From the NCBI RefSeq assembly GCF_004010195.1, contig NC_057752.1, positions 8,425,180-8,489,179 on the forward strand: 64,000 bases of DNA, written 5' to 3'. The DNA comes from Chiloscyllium plagiosum. Its lineage: Eukaryota. Position 1 is the first letter of the stretch. Each line of letters begins with the position of its first letter. Below are positions 52,570 to 64,000 of this stretch, piece after piece. A model generated the notes under the pieces. The model was given only the letters and a program-made list of their open reading frames with translations, was not told the origin of the DNA and made no database searches. A program made the position numbers and the translations under genes.

Positions 52570-53550
52570 AGAAACAATGTCCCCAAGCAGAAAATAAGAT
52601 GCTGTTTTTTCAGCTTTCTCTGAACTCTGCTGGAGCACTGCAGCACACCTGAGACAGAGATGTTGGTCAGGGAACAGGGTGGTATGTTAAAGTGGCAGAC
52701 GACTGGAAGTGCAGGGTCTTGTTTGAGGGCAGAACGTAGATGTTCTGTGAAGCAGTCACCCAGTCTATGCTTCATTTCTCCAATGTAGAGAAGACCACAT
52801 TGTAAGCAGTAAATGCAGTAGACTAGACTGTGAGAAGTGCAGGAGAAAGTGAGGTCTGCAGATGCTGGAGATCAAAGTTGAAACTTTGATCTCCAGGCAA
52901 TCTCATCTACTGCATTTGCTGTTCACAAAGTAATCTCCTCTACATTTGGAAAACAAAGCATAGCTTGGGTGACTGCTTCACAGAACATCTACGTTCTGTC
53001 CTGCAAAAAAGACTGAGCTTCCAGTTGCCTGCCACTTCAACACACCACCCTGTTCCCTGGCCAATACCTCTGTCTCAGGCGTGCCGCAGTGTTCTGGTGA
53101 AGCTCAGCATAAGCTGGAAGAGCAACCTCATGTTTTGCTTGGGGACCCTGCAGCCCTCTGGACTCAATATAATATTGAGTTCAATAATTTTAGGGCTTGA
53201 ACTCTCTGATGTCCTAACCCCCTACCACACACACCAGGCCTAGTTATCACAGTGTGCCATGGCAGACTATCTCTTGTTAGCCACTAAGTCTCCATTAACA
53301 GTTGTTCACCTTCCTAGCCAGATCGTTATGCACTCCTTTATCTATCCAACTGTTCTCTCCCTATGGGCTCTATCCCCACCTATCATTTACTCATTACCCC
53401 CTCCCCTCACACCTTCTGCACATACACTGAAAATTTTCTAGCTACCATCAGTTCTGTGGAAGGGTGACCAGACACAAAACATTAACTCTAATTTCTCTTC
53501 ACAGATGCTGCCAGACCTGCTGAACTTTTCCAGCAATTTCTGTTTTTGCT
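52570..53550. mobile_element. Back-to-back Penelope GIY-YIG fragments
   Basis: LGDCFTEHLRS on both strands; 15-bp perfect hairpin at 52865-52896. Confidence 0.75.
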
Positions 53551-54142
53551 TCCCATTTGTTACTGTAACTGAATAAGTCAAACTCCATTGTTAATCTAGA
53601 TTTTAGCAGGGCTTTAGAGATTGTATTTTATTATTCCACTGATTTTTCTGTGGAAGCAATAAACCAGTGACCTCAACCTCTGTCTTAACTTTTATAAGCT
53701 TTCCTCATCTCCTGTAATGATGTGCACAGTCTCAGAATTTGACAAGTTGTTTAAAGTTTAAGAATTTCAAGAATATGACATTTCAAGAATATGATCATTG
53801 GTTAAACAATACATAGCAGCGCTGCTAATGCACATCATTACTTTGAATTAATTCAAGTCTCATAATCACTGTTAGTAATACATTTAGCATTCGCGTGCAT
53901 AGAATCATAGAATAGCTACTGTACAGGAGGCCATTCAGTCCATTGTGTATCTGCCAGATCTTTGCAAGAACATAGTTATTCCTATCATTCTTGGCCAATC
54001 CCCACCACTACCTTTTACTCAGCTCTACAACATTTACTTTTTAGGTGCATATCCAATTCTCTTTTGAAAGCCTCAATTGAATCTGCCTCCACCATACTCA
54101 CAGGCAGTGCATTTCAGATTCTGGACACTTTTTTAAAAAATT

Positions 54143-54470
54143 CATTTGCAGGAGGAGGGCTAGGCAGCATTTTCCTATTTGCCCAGAGGGCAATTGAGAG
54201 TCAACCATATTGCTGCGGGTCTGGAGTCGCATATCGGCCAGACCAGGTGAGGATGGTAGTTTCCTTCCCTGAAAGACATTAGTGAACCATATGGATTTTT
54301 CTGACAATTGACAAGGGATTCATGGTCATTATTATATTCTTCATTCTAGATTGTTATTTGAATTGAAATTTCACCACCTACCGTGGCAGGATTTGAACCC
54401 AGGTCCCCACAACATTTTCTGGATCTCTGGGTTAACAATCCAGCAATAATACCACTTGGCCATCACCTCC
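54143..54470 (-). mobile_element. tRNA-derived SINE (Deu/SacSINE-like)
   Basis: Reverse complement of the family at 55135-55457; GGTTCAAATCC B box. Confidence 0.6.
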
Positions 54471-54477
54471 CTGATGT

Positions 54478-54900
54478 AGAGTCATACAGTCATACAGCAT
54501 GGCTAAAGATACTTTGGTCCGAATAGTTCACGCCGACCATGCCCCCAAATTAAACTAGTCCCACCTGCCTGTGTTTGCCCTATATTCCTCTAAAACCTTC
54601 CTATTCATGTACTTATCTAAATCTCTTTTAAATGTTGTAACTCTATCTGCATCCGCCACTTCCTCTGGCAGTTCATTCCACACACTAGCTACTCCCTGTG
54701 CAAAAAAAGCTGCCCCCTCGTGTCCTTTGTAAATCTTTCTCTTCTCACCTTAAAAATATACTCCCTAATTTTGAACTCCCCCCACCCCAGGGAAAAGACC
54801 CTTGTCATTCACCTTATCTGTGCCCATCATGATTTTAGAAACCACGGTAAGCTCACCCCTCAACCTCCTATGCTCCAATGTAAAAGTTCCCAACCTAGGT
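54478..54900 (-). mobile_element. CR1 3' end
   Basis: agagtcatacagtcat tail and typical CR1 3' sequence. Confidence 0.75.
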
Positions 54901-55134
54901 TTTTCCTCATGTCACCACTGTTTCTTTAGACAATCCCCTTAAACTGGCGTCCTCTGGTTCTTGGTTCTTGACTCTTCCACCAATGGGAACAGTTTTTCTG
55001 CATCTAGTCTGGGTAGACCACCGTGCCCCCCTCCCCCCTCACCATGAATTTTAAAACCTCTACCAAATCTCCTCTCAACCATCTTCTAGAACAATCCCAA
55101 CATCTCCAATCTATTCACAAAACTCAAATTGGGA

Positions 55135-55457
55135 AGATAACAGCCTAGTGGTATCATCACTGGACTGTTAATCCAGAGATCCAGGTAATGTTCTGGGATT
55201 CCGGGTTTGAATCTTCAAATTTGAATTCAATAAGAAAATCTGGAAATAAGAGTCTAATGATTGTTGGAAAAACCCAACTGGTTCACTAATGTCTTTTAGG
55301 GAAGGAAAGTGCTGTCTTGCCTGGTCTGGCCTACATGTGACTCCCAACCCACAGCAATGTGGTTGACTCTTAACTGCTCTCTGGGCAAGTAGGGATGGGC
55401 ATTTAATACTGGCCTAGCCATTGACATCCTAAGCCTGTTAATGAATTAAAAAAAAAC
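55135..55457 (+). mobile_element. tRNA-derived SINE (Deu/SacSINE-like)
   Basis: gcctagtggt A box, gggtttgaatc B box; LINE-like 3' tail ending aatgaattaaaaaa. Confidence 0.6.
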
Positions 55458-55662
55458 AGATTCTCATACATCTTTTTTGTACCCCTCTCTACAGCTTTCA
55501 AATTCTCCCAAAAATGGGGTCATAACATGCCATGATATCTCAGATTAGGCCAAAGCAATGTTTTTTAAAAATCATTTGTAAAGTTTATAAAGAACTGAAG
55601 ACAGGAAATAAGAGAGAAATCCATTTAGCTACATCTCTCTACCTGCCACATTTACATTCTTC

Positions 55663-56004
55663 ACAGAATCCCGTCAGTGTGGAAACAGGCCATTTGGCCC
55701 AACAAGTCCATACTGACCCACCAAACAGCATCCCACCCAGACCCATTCCCCTACCCTATTACTTTACATTTACCCCTGACTAATATACCTAGCCTACACA
55801 TCCCAGAACACTATGGGGCAATTTCCCATGGCCAATTCACCTAATTTGCACATTTTTGGACTATGGGATGAAACCAGAGCATCCAGAGGAAACCCACGCA
55901 GACACTGGGATAATGTGCAAACTCCACACAGTCAGTCACCTGAGGCTGGAATCAAACCTTGGACCCTGGCGCTGTGAGGCAATAGTGCTCACCACTCAGC
56001 CACC
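55663..56004 (-). mobile_element. HE1-type V-SINE
   Basis: Reverse complement similar to 25423-25717. Confidence 0.8.
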
Positions 56005-56492
56005 TTGTAGAATGTTTGTTTTTTTTATTGGTTGGATGGATTGCACGTCCATAAGATACTCTGTACAACCTTTCTATCAATCTACTTGGATAGAAAGAAA
56101 ATCAAACCGGTTCAATTGTCAGTATATAATTCTTCATGCCTGATTTTCCTTTCTGTGCTCTGCCCAGACAATGCATTATATCCAGTGTATTAAGACATAA
56201 GTCTACTTTATTGCAGATGACACATTTAATGATCTAGTGACAAGATCAACATATAATCAAGATTTCTTTTTTAAAATCACACTAAACACTTGTACAGATT
56301 TGCTTTTTCTTAAGTAATCACTGTTGTTGAAAGTTCTCCAATTATTTACACATCTCAAATTTTCAAAAGTTGAATTTCTATATGTCGACTTAAAAAAATG
56401 AAAACAAGTTCTCTTGTGTGTTGCCTGAGGCATTATTATTTTTCTGTAAAGTATGAGCGATCTAAATGCACCAACATCCTCAATGATCTTAC

Positions 56493-56667
56493 TATGCGTC
56501 CTTCTGTTGCTTCGCCCAAGAGGCCACCAAATGTAATTACAGGAGACATGCAGGCACAGTACAGGAATAGGAAGGATGCCACACACTGTAAACTGAAGGC
56601 ATCCCTAAAATCACTCCAGAAACAGGGAATCTTCCGTTTGACATCAAGGATCAAGCCTCCAAATAGC
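56493..56667 (-). CDS. slc4a8: SLC4A8 exon, LFGGLILDVKRK...GLLGEATEGRI (TM1 region)
   Basis: 175 bp, cag|G acceptor and ATA|gtaaga donor; conserved SLC4 motif FLYCACMSPVITFGGLLGEAT. Confidence 0.93.
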
Positions 56668-57119
56668 CTGGTAGAAAGGAAATAATTCACTTTAAATAAA
56701 ACATTTCCACTAATTCATTGCCTATTTAGTACTTATTTATTTCATACTACAAGCAATTTATAACAACTCAAACAGATATGATTAAATTGTTTCACAAAAC
56801 GTTTGTTTCAAATCCAACCCAATATCGACAGCTTGATAATACTCCACATCAGAAACTTAATATTGCCAACTTCAACGGCTCTCAATGCGACAAACTTAAA
56901 AGGGAACTTAGACCTCAAATAAAATTGGACATTTGTTGAAATTAGATTAATGTTGCTAAAGTGAGCAGAAATGATGAAAATAATGCTGAATATCTAGAGC
57001 AAGTAAGTCAGCAGAGTTCTAATGAACAGCCCCAACTATTATTAATATACTGCCAGTATATTAAATCAATATGTTGGTTTCCAGTTTTCAAAAGGCAATG
57101 TTTGAAGACCATACTTTGT

Positions 57120-58912
57120 ATTTTTTTAATTCATTTGTGGGATGTGGATGTCACTGGCTGGGCCAGCTTTTATTGCCCATCCCTAGTTGCCCTTGAGAAG
57201 GTGGTGGTGAGCTGTCGTCTTAAACCGCTGCAGTCCACCCATTGTGGATTGACACTCAATGCCATTAGGGAGAGAATTCCAGGATTTTGGCTCAGTGACA
57301 GTGAAGAAACGGTGATATATTTCCAAGTCAGGATGGTGAGTGGTGTTCCAAAGTAACTGCTGACTTTGTCCTTCTAGATGGAAATGATCATGGGCTTGGA
57401 AAGTGCTGTCTAAGGATCTTTGATAAATTTCTGCAGCATATCTTGTAGATGGTACACATTGCTGCTACTGGGTGTCGGTGGTAGAGGGTGTAAATGTTTG
57501 TGGATGCGATGTCAATCAAGTGGGCTGTTTTTTTTCTGGATGGTGTCAAGCTTCTTGAGTACTGTTGGAGCTGCACTCATCCAGGCAAGTGGGGATTATT
57601 CCATCACACTCCTGACTTCTGCTTTGTAGATGGTGGACAGGCTTTGGGGAGTCAGGAGGTGAGTTACCTACTGCAGTATTCCAAGTCTCTGACTTGTTAT
57701 TGTAGCTACTGTGTTTATGTGGCAAATCCATTTGAATTTCTAATCAATGGTAACCCTAAGGATGTTGAGAGTGGGGGATTCAGTGATGGTTACATCATTA
57801 AATATCAAAGGATGGTGGTAAGATTGTCTCTTGTTGAAGACGGTCATTACATTGTATTTGTGTGGCATGAATGTTAATTGCCACTTATCAGCCCAACACT
57901 GGATATTGTTGCATTTCAACATGGACACTTCAGTGTTTGAGCAGTCATGAATGGTGCTGAACAATGTGCAGTCATCAAAGAACATCCCCATGTCTGAGCT
58001 GATGATGGAGGGAAGGTCATTGATGAAGCAGTTGAAGATGGTTGGGCCAAGGACACTGCCCTGAAGAACTCCTGCAGAGATATCCTGGAGCTGAGGTGAC
58101 TGACCTCCAACAAACATAACCATATTCCCATGTGCCAGGTATGGCTCCAATCAGTGGAGAGTTGGCCTCCTGATACCTGCTGATTCCAGTTTTGTTAGGG
58201 TTTCTTGATGCCACACTCAGTCAAATGCAGCCTTGATGTCAAGGGCTGTCACTCTCCCCTCCCCTCTGGAATTCAGCTTTTTTGTCCATGTTTGAACCAA
58301 GGCTGTAATGAGTCAGGATCTGAGTGGCCCTGGCAGAACCCAAACTGGGCATCACTGAGCAGGTCATGTCTTTGCAAATGCTGCTTGATAGCAATGATGA
58401 TGACACCTTCCATCACTTTACTAATGATCGAGAGTAGACTGATGGGTCAGTAATTCGTTGGATTGGATATGTCCTGCTTTTTATGCATAGGACATACTTG
58501 GGCAATTTTCCACATTGTTGGATAGATGATAGTGTTGTAACTGTACTGGAACAGCTTGGCTAGGGGAGTGGCAAGTTCTGGAGCACAGGTCTTCAGTACT
58601 ATTGCTGGAATGTTGTCAAGGCCCGTAGCATTTGCATCATCCAGTGCCTCGAACCATTTCTTAATTTCATGCGGAGTGAATAAAATTAGCTGAAAACTGG
58701 TATCTGTAATGTTGAGGACGACTGGAGGAGGCTCAGATGGATCATCCACTGGGCACTTTTGGCTGAAGATTGCTGCTAATGCTTCATGACCTTTTGCACT
58801 CCTGTGTTGGGCTCTTCCATCATTGAGGATGGGGATATTTGTGGAGCCTCCTATTCCAGTGAGGTGTTTAATTGTCCATTCATGACTGGATGTGGCAAGA
58901 CTGCAGAGCTTA
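57120..58912 (-). mobile_element. CR1/L2-group LINE RT region
   Basis: GLDNIPAIVLKTCAPEL, WKIAQVCP.HKK, GVLQGSVLGPTIFNCFINDL, FFDDCT motifs. Confidence 0.8.
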
Positions 58913-60310
58913 GACCATAAGATATAGGAGCAGTAGTTAGGCCATTCAGTCCATCGAGTCTGCACTGCCATTCAATCATAGGTGATAAGTTTCTCAATTC
59001 CATTCTCCCACTTTCTCCCTGTAACCTTTGATCCCCCTGATACTCAAGAACCTATTGATCTCAGTCTTAAATATACACAATGACCTGGCCTCCACAGCCT
59101 TATATGGTAATGAATTCCATAGATTCACCACTCTCTGGTTGAAGAAGTTTCTCCTTGTCTCCATTCTGAAAGGTCTTCCCTTTACTCTGACGCTGTGCCC
59201 TTGGGTCCTAGTCTCTCCTACCAATGGAAACATCTTCCCAACATCCACTCTGTCCAGGCCATTCAGTATTTTTTATGTTTCAATTAGAACCCCCCTGATC
59301 CTTCTAAACTTCATCGAGTATAGACCCAGAGTCCTCAAACGTTCCCCATATGTTAAGCTTCGTATTCCTGGGACCATTCTCATGAACCTCCTCTGAACAA
59401 ACTCCATGGCCAGTACATCCTTCCTGAGATATGAGGCCCCAAACTGTACATAGAACTCCAAATGTAGTCTGACCAGATCCTTATAGAGCCTCAGAAAGAC
59501 ATCCCTGCTTTTATATTCAAGTACTCTCAAAACAAATGCCATCATTGCATTTGCCTTCCTAAATACTGACTCAACCTGCACGTTTACCTTGGTAGAATCC
59601 TGGACTAGAACTTCCAAGTCTCTTTGCACTTCAGATATCTTAATTTTCTCCCCATTTAGAAAGTAGTCCATGCCTCTATTCTTCCTACCGAAGTGCATGA
59701 CCTCACACGTTCCCATTTTGTACTCTGTCACTTCTTTGCCAACTCTCCTAACCTGTCCAAGTCTTTCTGCAGCCTCCCTGCCTCCTCAATACTAACTGTC
59801 CCTTGACCTATGTTTGTATTGTCTGCAAACTTAGCCAGAATGCCCTCAGTTCCTTCATCTGGATCATTAATGTTTAAAGTGAAAAGTTGTAGTCCCAACA
59901 CTGAGCCTTGCGGTACACTACTTGTCACCGGCTGCCATCCTGAGAAGGACCCTTTTATCCCCACTCTCTGCTTTCTGCCAGACTGCCATGCTTCTATCCA
60001 TACCAGCAGCTTGCCTCTAACACCATGGCCCTTTACCTTACTCAATAGCCTCCTGTGCGACGCTTTGTCAAAGACCTTCTTGAAGTCCAGGTAGATAACA
60101 TCCATTGGCTCTCCTTACTCGTTACTCCATTGCTCGTTACTGCTTAAAATAGTTCTAGCAGATTTGTCAGGCATGACCTCTCCTTGATGAAACCATGCTG
60201 ACTTTGCCCTAGTTTATCATACACTTCCAAGTATTCAGAAATCTCATCTTTCACAATGGATTCCAGGATCTTACCCACGACCAAGTTTAAGCTAATCAGT
60301 CTGAAATTTA
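58913..60310 (-). mobile_element. CR1 LINE 3' half
   Basis: [22 protein letters not shown] and AKFADNT motifs. Confidence 0.88.
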
Positions 60311-61535
60311 TATACCTGTTGTCTTTCACTGTGTCTCACACCTGCACACACACCTGCACACACACATCATGGGTGCTGAGGAAAATATAAGCATTACCGC
60401 AGTAAGGCGGTAGTGTGGGGTAAAAAAAATACAAACAGGGGATTATGTTCGGGCCCGGTATCCCTGGAGAAGGAGCATGCGGTGTCTACCAACACTCTCG
60501 AGGTGTTCAGGGAGAGGTGGGTACCACAGGAAGTGGAGTGTCTTATTTCCCCCGCGACTCTATTTTGATTTAATCCCTACCCTGCCCCCTTCACTTTTTT
60601 TTAACATTTAGGCATTGCCCTTTGTTGAGAAGGGTTCTGCTTGTCACTGGCCACTCGGATGTTTCTTTTCTTCCTGGTGGTGGAATATGAATAAAGTTTT
60701 CTGCACTCGTTGTTTCTTCACTGTGTCCTACACCTACACGCACATGAAATGGGTGCTGGGCTAAATAAGCACTGCCGCTGTTAGGCGGTTAGGCGTTAGT
60801 GTGAGGATTTATATTAAAAGAACAGAAAAAAAACATACACAGAGGATCCTCAGTTCTGGTGACTGACACAGAGTTGGCTGGCCACTCAGCCAGTGTATTG
60901 TGGGGCAAAAGCAAGAAAAAAATAATAAATATATATAAACAGGGGACCCTTTTTGGTTTTCTTAAGGATCTTCTTTTCTGGTTTTGGTTGCACTTCAGCC
61001 CTATGCTCCTGATCATTGGGCACCCAGTGCAGAGGGGAGAGGGCAGGTCAGAGGATCAGTGGGTCTGCTCCTGGGCCTGACCAGGCTGGCCATTAACAGG
61101 TCTAGGCAGCAGGCCGTTGAGGAGGTCATTACAGCCGACTCCCTTCCCCTCTTCTGTGGTTATGGTCGGGCCTGGGGGTATTGGGTGCTGGGTTAAGAAT
61201 TCAGTGTTTTGCATTGTTGTATGCTGTTTTCGGCTACACTGAGTTGTGTTGTCTGTTTTCTCCTGTGCCTGGGTGTGGGTGATGTATGAAGTGTTTGAAA
61301 TTGTCCACTGTGGGCTTTTGCCTGCTGTAAACTTTGCGCTTAGGCACTGAAACGGACTTTTTTATGGACTTTGATCATTGTGGTACCTTTTAAAAAGACA
61401 GTAACCTGTGTAAAAACTCCACGTTTTACGTAGCGTGTTTGTTCTGTGAGATTTAGGGTATCTTATGGTCACGTCCCTACTTCTCTTGTGAATTATAATT
61501 GTTGTTGTATTATGTATAGCTTTGATTAAGAAAAG
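60311..61535 (+). mobile_element. Head-to-tail stack of 5'-truncated Tx1-clade non-LTR retrotransposon fragments
   Basis: ORF2 C-terminal peptides DYVRARVSLEKEHAVSTNTLEVFRERW (about 60441-60530, one frameshift) and FLKDLLFWFWLHFSPMLLIIGHPV..GRSED..VGLLLGLTRLAINRSRQ (60946-61176); repeated 3' tails. Confidence 0.8.
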
Positions 61536-61669
61536 TACAAATGGAGGATTTCAAATCTCCTCAGTCCAGGGGACTGACTCTGAGCTGGCTGGGCCACAGC
61601 CAGTGTACAGTGCACATGTAAATAAAGGGTGACTTGGTGACGGATACTGGCCTCTCTGCAGTTATTTCA
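61536..61669 (+). mobile_element. 3' half (TATA to terminus) of an LTR related to the solo LTR at 549-777
   Basis: gggactgactctg..gtgta..tgtaaataaag..cttggtga.ggatactggc..ct.tgcagttatttca aligns with the reverse complement of 549-683. Confidence 0.8.
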
Positions 61670-62540
61670 GAGGGGAAACAACTCTTCCAATTCAATATTG
61701 AAGTGTTTATGGTTTACAGATCGTTTTCAGAAATGCTGTGATTAAGATATGGAAGTGGCCTGGCATTTAAACAGCTTTAAAAATGTATGCGAAATTTTCA
61801 AGCCAGGAGAAGAACTTAAATAGCTATGCAAAAATTAATGAGAAAATTTTCTCAGACATTTATCTTATTATTTAAACAAACTTGAAAAAATAACTACTTT
61901 GCGATGGCCCTGGATATAGCTAGAAATAATTGAATATGCTCTTGATCATTGCAATATACCCTGAAATGAATTTAGAGGTTAAATGTAACGTAATAACTGA
62001 AGCTGTGGGTCTTGTACAGTTGGATTAAGGTTGGTGGCTACATCTGGTATGGGCACAAAGTATTGGCATTACATTTAATATAATCAAAAATTCTGTATTC
62101 TAATATTTACACACAGTGAAAATGTATTTCTGATGCAACTTCACATTGCTCGATATCAAAATTGTTAAAGATAGATCGGTTTTATGTTTTAAATGGTACT
62201 CTCAGTTCCCACCAAGTCTTTTTTTCTATGGGGGCAGGGGAAGAAAGAAATTTGAAGAATAGCTGAACATCCTGGTGGTGGAATATTTGCATGCATGAGA
62301 GCTGGGATTTAAATCTCAGCAGATGAGATTGCTTCTCAACCACAAAACTGAAAGCCTACAGCAAATATCACATCTATACATTGACTACAGAAATGTCATT
62401 TGGCTGAAATCTAAAAATTTTCAAAAATAAAAGGGAAAGAGAAAGAGAGACTGGGGTGTTGAATGTGACTAGAGATTGACAGGTTACATTACAAATAAGA
62501 TATCCAACCATTTAAGCATGTTCATTAAACTGTAACTGAC

Positions 62541-62641
62541 CTTCCTGTGCGCAGCAGTTCAGGACCACTGTGTCCCACTTGTGGCTCAGGTTCAACATGG
62601 CAAGCATTACCGTTTGGGATGCCAGGCTGTTTCCGTTTCTC
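62541..62641 (-). CDS. slc4a8: SLC4A8 (NDCBE-like) coding exon, EKRKQPGIPNGNACHVEPEPQVGHSGPELLRTG(R)
   Basis: 101 bp, tag|GAG acceptor and AG|gtcagt donor. Peptide resembles the SLC4A8 segment PGVPNGNVCHIEQEPHGGHSGPELQRTGR as recalled. Phase 2 joins the next exon. Confidence 0.9.
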
Positions 62642-62734
62642 CTATTGTACATAACAGAAGTATGAGTTAGACTGATAGCACAGTGAATCATCTCCTGGTG
62701 ACTATACGTATGGAGATAATCAATGCAGGCACTC

Positions 62735-63234
62735 NNNNNNNNNNNNNNNNNNNNNNNNNNNNNNNNNNNNNNNNNNNNNNNNNNNNNNNNNNNNNNNNNN
62801 NNNNNNNNNNNNNNNNNNNNNNNNNNNNNNNNNNNNNNNNNNNNNNNNNNNNNNNNNNNNNNNNNNNNNNNNNNNNNNNNNNNNNNNNNNNNNNNNNNNN
62901 NNNNNNNNNNNNNNNNNNNNNNNNNNNNNNNNNNNNNNNNNNNNNNNNNNNNNNNNNNNNNNNNNNNNNNNNNNNNNNNNNNNNNNNNNNNNNNNNNNNN
63001 NNNNNNNNNNNNNNNNNNNNNNNNNNNNNNNNNNNNNNNNNNNNNNNNNNNNNNNNNNNNNNNNNNNNNNNNNNNNNNNNNNNNNNNNNNNNNNNNNNNN
63101 NNNNNNNNNNNNNNNNNNNNNNNNNNNNNNNNNNNNNNNNNNNNNNNNNNNNNNNNNNNNNNNNNNNNNNNNNNNNNNNNNNNNNNNNNNNNNNNNNNNN
63201 NNNNNNNNNNNNNNNNNNNNNNNNNNNNNNNNNN
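62735..63234. other. Assembly gap (500 N)
   Basis: Run of N. Confidence 1.
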
Positions 63235-64000
63235 AGCAGAATGAGGCCATTTGGCTCATTGAGTCTGCTCTGCCATTTGATCATGGCTGATATATTTCTC
63301 AACACCATAACTCTTGATCCCCTTACTAATCAGAACCTATCTATATCTGTCTTAAATATACTCAATGACCTGGTCTCCACAACCTTCGGTGGCAATGAGT
63401 TCCACAGATTCACCACTCTCTGGCTGAAGAAATCCTTCTTCATATCAGTTCTAAAGAGTCATCCCTTTACTATGAAGCTATGCCCTTGGGTTCTAATCTT
63501 TCCTACTAGTGGAAACATCTTCATGTCCACTCTATCTAGGCTTTTCAGTATTCTGTATGTTTCAGTGAAATTCCCCTTTCATCCTTCTAAACTCTGTCAA
63601 GTACAGGCCCAGAGTCCTCAAACGCTCCTCATATGATAAGCCCCTCATTCCCGGGATCTTTCTTGGAAACTTCCTCTGGACCTGACCAAGGCCAGCATAT
63701 CCTCCTGAGGTGTGGGCCCAAAACTGCTCACAATATTCCAAATGTAGTCTGTCCAGAGCCTTATACAGCCTCAGCAGTACATCCCTGTTCTTGTTTACTA
63801 GCCCTCTTGAAATGAATTACATTACATTTGCCTTCCTAACTGCCAACTGAACCTGCATGTTAACTTTAAGAGAATCCTGAATTAGGACTCCCAAGTCCCT
63901 TTGTGCTTCAGATTTCTGAAGCCTTTTGCCATTTAGAAAATAGTCCACACCTCTGTTCTTAATACCAGAGTGCATAGCCTCACACTTTGCCACATTGTAT
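63235..64000 (-). mobile_element. CR1 3' part
   Basis: Similar to about 58930-59720. Confidence 0.8.

Noticed and set aside
62683..63636. Long ORFs of 173-317 aa
   Set aside because: Artefacts of translating through the 500-N gap.

Overview
Repeat-dense vertebrate genomic DNA, most likely a shark (HE1-type SINEs, shark-type CR1 and Penelope families; the taxon is an inference). The only host gene is on the minus strand: nine consecutive, phase-compatible GT-AG coding exons (62641 down to 13858) of an SLC4 Na+-coupled bicarbonate transporter, closest to SLC4A8/NDCBE. The gene continues beyond both window edges. The introns hold CR1 and other LINEs, Penelope-like elements with hammerhead-ribozyme motifs, Gypsy remnants, solo LTRs, a Tc1/mariner-type MITE and tRNA-derived SINEs. 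A 500-N gap lies at 62735-63234. The most interesting signal is a possible LTR-targeting retroposon system. At two loci (about 6.2-12.6 kb and 60.3-61.7 kb), Tx1-clade 3' fragments and a ~2 kb non-coding composite retroposon are stacked head-to-tail. Their A-rich tails join the TATA-box region (TATAAACAGG-like) of one small LTR family, and an uninterrupted relative of that LTR is present as a solo LTR at 549-777. All family assignments are from recognition of motifs; no database search was run.
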